Source: an uncultured Bacteroidales bacterium (GTDB taxonomy: Bacteria; Bacteroidota; Bacteroidia; Bacteroidales; JAIOZK01). Taken from it: a DNA stretch of 64,000 bases. The stretch covers positions 14,084-78,083 of the forward strand of contig CAYXUU010000029.1 of assembly GCA_964468645.1 (NCBI GenBank), in the 5' to 3' direction. Made by a program: the position numbers and the translations under genes. Below are positions 61,456 to 64,000 of this stretch, piece by piece. Numbering within the stretch: the first letter of the stretch is position 1; each line of letters starts with the position of its first letter. The notes beneath the pieces were generated by a model. It was not told the DNA's origin, ran no database searches, and saw nothing but the letters and a program-made list of their open reading frames with translations.

Positions 61456-63585
61456 TCATTCAATATCTTTCATCGACAACTGTATCCGCTTTCTCACGGC
61501 ATCCACATCCAGCACCCTGACTTTCAGTTTCTGGTTAATCCGGACAATTTCATTAGGATCTTTAACAAATTTATTTGCCAGCTGACTGATATGAACCAAT
61601 CCATCCTGATGTACCCCTATATCAACAAAAGCTCCAAAATTCGTAATATTGGTCACGATCCCGGGAAGTATCATTCCAATCCTAAGGTCATTAATGGAAT
61701 TAACATTTTTATCGAATTCAAAAAGATCAAATTTTTCCCTGGGATCCCGTCCCGGCTTTGCCAGTTCCTGCATGATATCAGATAATGTAGGTATGCCCAC
61801 CTTATCTGTAACAAAGCTTTCCAGTTTAAGCTGTTTCCTGAGTTCATCACTATTTATAAGGCCTTCGGTGCTTGTACCTGCTATCTTTGCCATTCTCTCA
61901 ACAATATGATAACTCTCCGGATGCACAGCACTGGAGTCCAGCGGATTTTCAGCATTCCTGATGCGTAAAAACCCGGAAGCCTGTTCAAAGGCTTTACCTC
62001 CAAATCTTGCAACTTTCTTGAGATCGTTCCTTGATTTGAAGGGACCATGGTCTTTCCTATAATCGACAATATTCTTTGCCAGTACCGGGCCAAGTCCTGA
62101 AACAAAGGTTAATAAATCCTTACTTGCTGTATTCACCTCCACACCAACTCTGTTCACGCAACTTTCAACTGTTTCTCCCAGGCTTTTCTGCAACGAATTC
62201 TGATTTACATCATGCTGGTATTGCCCCACACCAATAGATTTGGGATCTATCTTTACAAGTTCTGCCAGCGGGTCCATCAACCGTCTGCCTATTGAAACAG
62301 CCCCCCTCACAGTAACATCATATTCTGGAAACTCATCACGGGCAATTTTAGATGCAGAATAAACCGATGCGCCGCTTTCATTAACCATTACAGCGATAAC
62401 TTCCCTTTTGAATTTAATCCTTCTCACCAGGTTCTCTGTCTCCCTTCCTGCTGTTCCGTTACCCACAGCAATGGCTTCTATTTTATAAGCATCCACCAGG
62501 CTGGAAATCTTATGCATGGCCTGTTTGGTCTCATTCTGTGGCGGATGAGGGTAGATGGTTTCATTATGGAGCAAGTTTCCCTGGCTGTCGAGGCATACGA
62601 TCTTACATCCTGTCCTGAATCCGGGATCCAGTGCAAGTATATTCTTTTGTCCCAGTGGTGAGGCAAGTAGCAATTGTCGAAGATTTTCAGCAAACACCCT
62701 GATTGCCTCTTCATCAGATTTTTCCTTGATAACACTCCTTATTTCGGTTTCCATTGATGGTGCAAGCAAACGGTTATAACTATCAGTTAATGCAAGCTGA
62801 ACCTGTTGGGATGCATCGTTATCTGCTTTTACAAATATACCTTCAAGGATATGTATGGCTTTTTCATCCTCCGGAAGAATTTTAAGCTTCAGAAATCCTT
62901 CTTTTTCACCTCTTAACATGGCTAACATACGATGTGAAGGAGCCCTGCTGGCAGATTCACTCCATTCAAAATAATCACGGTATTTCTGGCCTTCTTCTTC
63001 CTTGCCTTTCACCAGTGTAGAATATAATACAGCATTCCTTTCAAAAAGGGACCTCATTCTTTTCCTGGCATAATGATGTTCATTGATCCATTCTGCCATG
63101 ATATCACGTGCACCGGCAAGTGCTTCTTCAATATTGTTTACTTCCTTCCCCAGATCAATATATCTTTCAGCTTCGGCTTCAATATCAATTAATCCCTGGC
63201 TCATTAAAATTTTCGCTAATGGCTCTAATCCTTTTGCTTTAGCTATGGTGGCCCTCGTTTTCCTTTTTGGTTTATATGGCAGATAAAGGTCTTCAAGTTC
63301 TGACATCGTCTGAGCTTCAAGAATCGATTTCTCAAGCTCCGGTGTCAGCTTTTCCTGTGCCTTAATCGACTCGAGTATAGTATTTCTTCTTTTATCAAGA
63401 TCAACAAGTTGTTGATGCCTGTCTCTTATTCCGGCAACTGCAACTTCATCCAGGCTACCGGTCATTTCTTTCCTGTACCTCGCAATAAATGGAATGGTCC
63501 CACCCTCAGCCAGAAGCATCAGGGTGTTGGTTACCTGTTGTTCTGATAAGCCAAGTTCTTTGGAAATTATTAAGGTATAATCCAT
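61456..63585 (-). CDS. tex: Tex-like transcription accessory protein (YqgF/HhH/S1 domains)
   Basis: The N-terminus MDYTLIISKELGLSEQQVTNTLMLLAEGGTIPFIARYRKEMTGSLDE is present, and a C-terminal S1 domain. The ATG at 63585 is preferred to the upstream start in the ORF track. Confidence 0.85.
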   Translation of the reverse strand: MDYTLIISKELGLSEQQVTNTLMLLAEGGTIPFIARYRKEMTGSLDEVAVAGIRDRHQQLVDLDKRRNTILESIKAQEKLTPELEKSILEAQTMSELEDLYLPYKPKRKTRATIAKAKGLEPLAKILMSQGLIDIEAEAERYIDLGKEVNNIEEALAGARDIMAEWINEHHYARKRMRSLFERNAVLYSTLVKGKEEEGQKYRDYFEWSESASRAPSHRMLAMLRGEKEGFLKLKILPEDEKAIHILEGIFVKADNDASQQVQLALTDSYNRLLAPSMETEIRSVIKEKSDEEAIRVFAENLRQLLLASPLGQKNILALDPGFRTGCKIVCLDSQGNLLHNETIYPHPPQNETKQAMHKISSLVDAYKIEAIAVGNGTAGRETENLVRRIKFKREVIAVMVNESGASVYSASKIARDEFPEYDVTVRGAVSIGRRLMDPLAELVKIDPKSIGVGQYQHDVNQNSLQKSLGETVESCVNRVGVEVNTASKDLLTFVSGLGPVLAKNIVDYRKDHGPFKSRNDLKKVARFGGKAFEQASGFLRIRNAENPLDSSAVHPESYHIVERMAKIAGTSTEGLINSDELRKQLKLESFVTDKVGIPTLSDIMQELAKPGRDPREKFDLFEFDKNVNSINDLRIGMILPGIVTNITNFGAFVDIGVHQDGLVHISQLANKFVKDPNEIVRINQKLKVRVLDVDAVRKRIQLSMKDIE

Positions 63586-63891
63586 CTTGTATTTAAAATT
63601 TGAGATAAAATTAATACTTTTTAACCACAGGGAGTACTGTGATAAAAAGGAGATCAGAAAATTTTTTAATTTCAAAAATCATCTATCAAATCTGAAATCG
63701 CTAATGGGTGTTCAGTGTTCGGATATCAATAAATAATGGATCAAGGTTTCCATCCCTTCCTCACCTTAGGTTAACATTGATCTTCGGGCATCGATAAGCT
63801 CTTAGTTTTCTTCGATAAACCTGGCTGAATCTTGGCGCATTGAATACTTCGCAAATCGTGAACCGGGAAATCATTAAATCGTGAAATCAAA

Positions 63892-64000
63892 TCAAACCTC
63901 AATGTTATCCAATTGAATATTTCGCCCTGCGATAGCAGGAATATTTATTGCTACCTCAACAACAGCACCGTCCCACTCTTCTTCTCTTTCCTGATCTGGA
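63892..64000 (-). CDS. 3' end of an unidentified gene running off the right edge (C-terminus ...EWDGAVVEVAINIPAIAGRNIQLDNIEV)
   Basis: The reverse-complement frame is open from the window edge to a TGA at 63892-63894. It is too short to identify. Confidence 0.3.
   Translation of the reverse strand, partial: PDQEREEEWDGAVVEVAINIPAIAGRNIQLDNIEV

Overview
This is a 64 kb chromosomal window from a Bacteroidota genome. The assignment rests on the low GC, three proteins with type IX secretion (T9SS) C-terminal sorting domains, a TonB-dependent receptor and TAnnTTTG-type -7 promoter boxes. The ORF track accepts TTG/GTG starts and omits ORFs that run off the window edges; I added those, and one locus (around 3601-3627) disagrees with my line-label count by 1 nt, so hand-placed coordinates may be off by 1-2 nt. 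Housekeeping anchors are gyrB, dnaE-trxA, rpsP-rimM plus a tRNA m6A methyltransferase, tex, tatA and an RNase P RNA gene (rnpB). rnpB is missed by the ORF track and overlaps spurious small ORFs. Between these anchors sit accessory and envelope functions. (1) At 2058-7594, two paralogous membrane-anchored alkaline-phosphatase-superfamily (sulfatase/LtaS-like) proteins flank a membrane-anchored internal-repeat protein, followed by a fusion of a kinase-like domain to an FkbM-type methyltransferase. I read this as a candidate cell-envelope glycoconjugate modification cassette. (2) At 14593-19396, a TonB-dependent receptor, a small lipoprotein, an MbnP-like periplasmic protein and a di-haem cytochrome c peroxidase (MbnH-like) form a candidate copper-acquisition system. 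(3) There are three T9SS cargo proteins: a Reg_prop beta-propeller array with no kinase, a DUF1028 Ntn-hydrolase-like protein that overlaps a cytoplasmic alpha/alpha-toroid repeat protein and is probably co-transcribed with it, and a PKD protein with a type-B sorting domain. (4) A sensor histidine kinase and a REC-HK hybrid lie adjacent, suggesting a phosphorelay. (5) An outer-membrane beta-barrel carries a ComEA-like helix-hairpin-helix domain. (6) An NfeD-flotillin pair, a MATE pump, an S9A prolyl oligopeptidase and an M1 aminopeptidase are also present. (7) Several tandem DNA repeats occur: heptamers in the dnaE/rpsP divergent region, a 12-copy 11-bp array between convergent genes, and 15-bp repeats that encode a K/E-rich tail on S16. 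I found no transposase, integrase, CRISPR array or tRNA.
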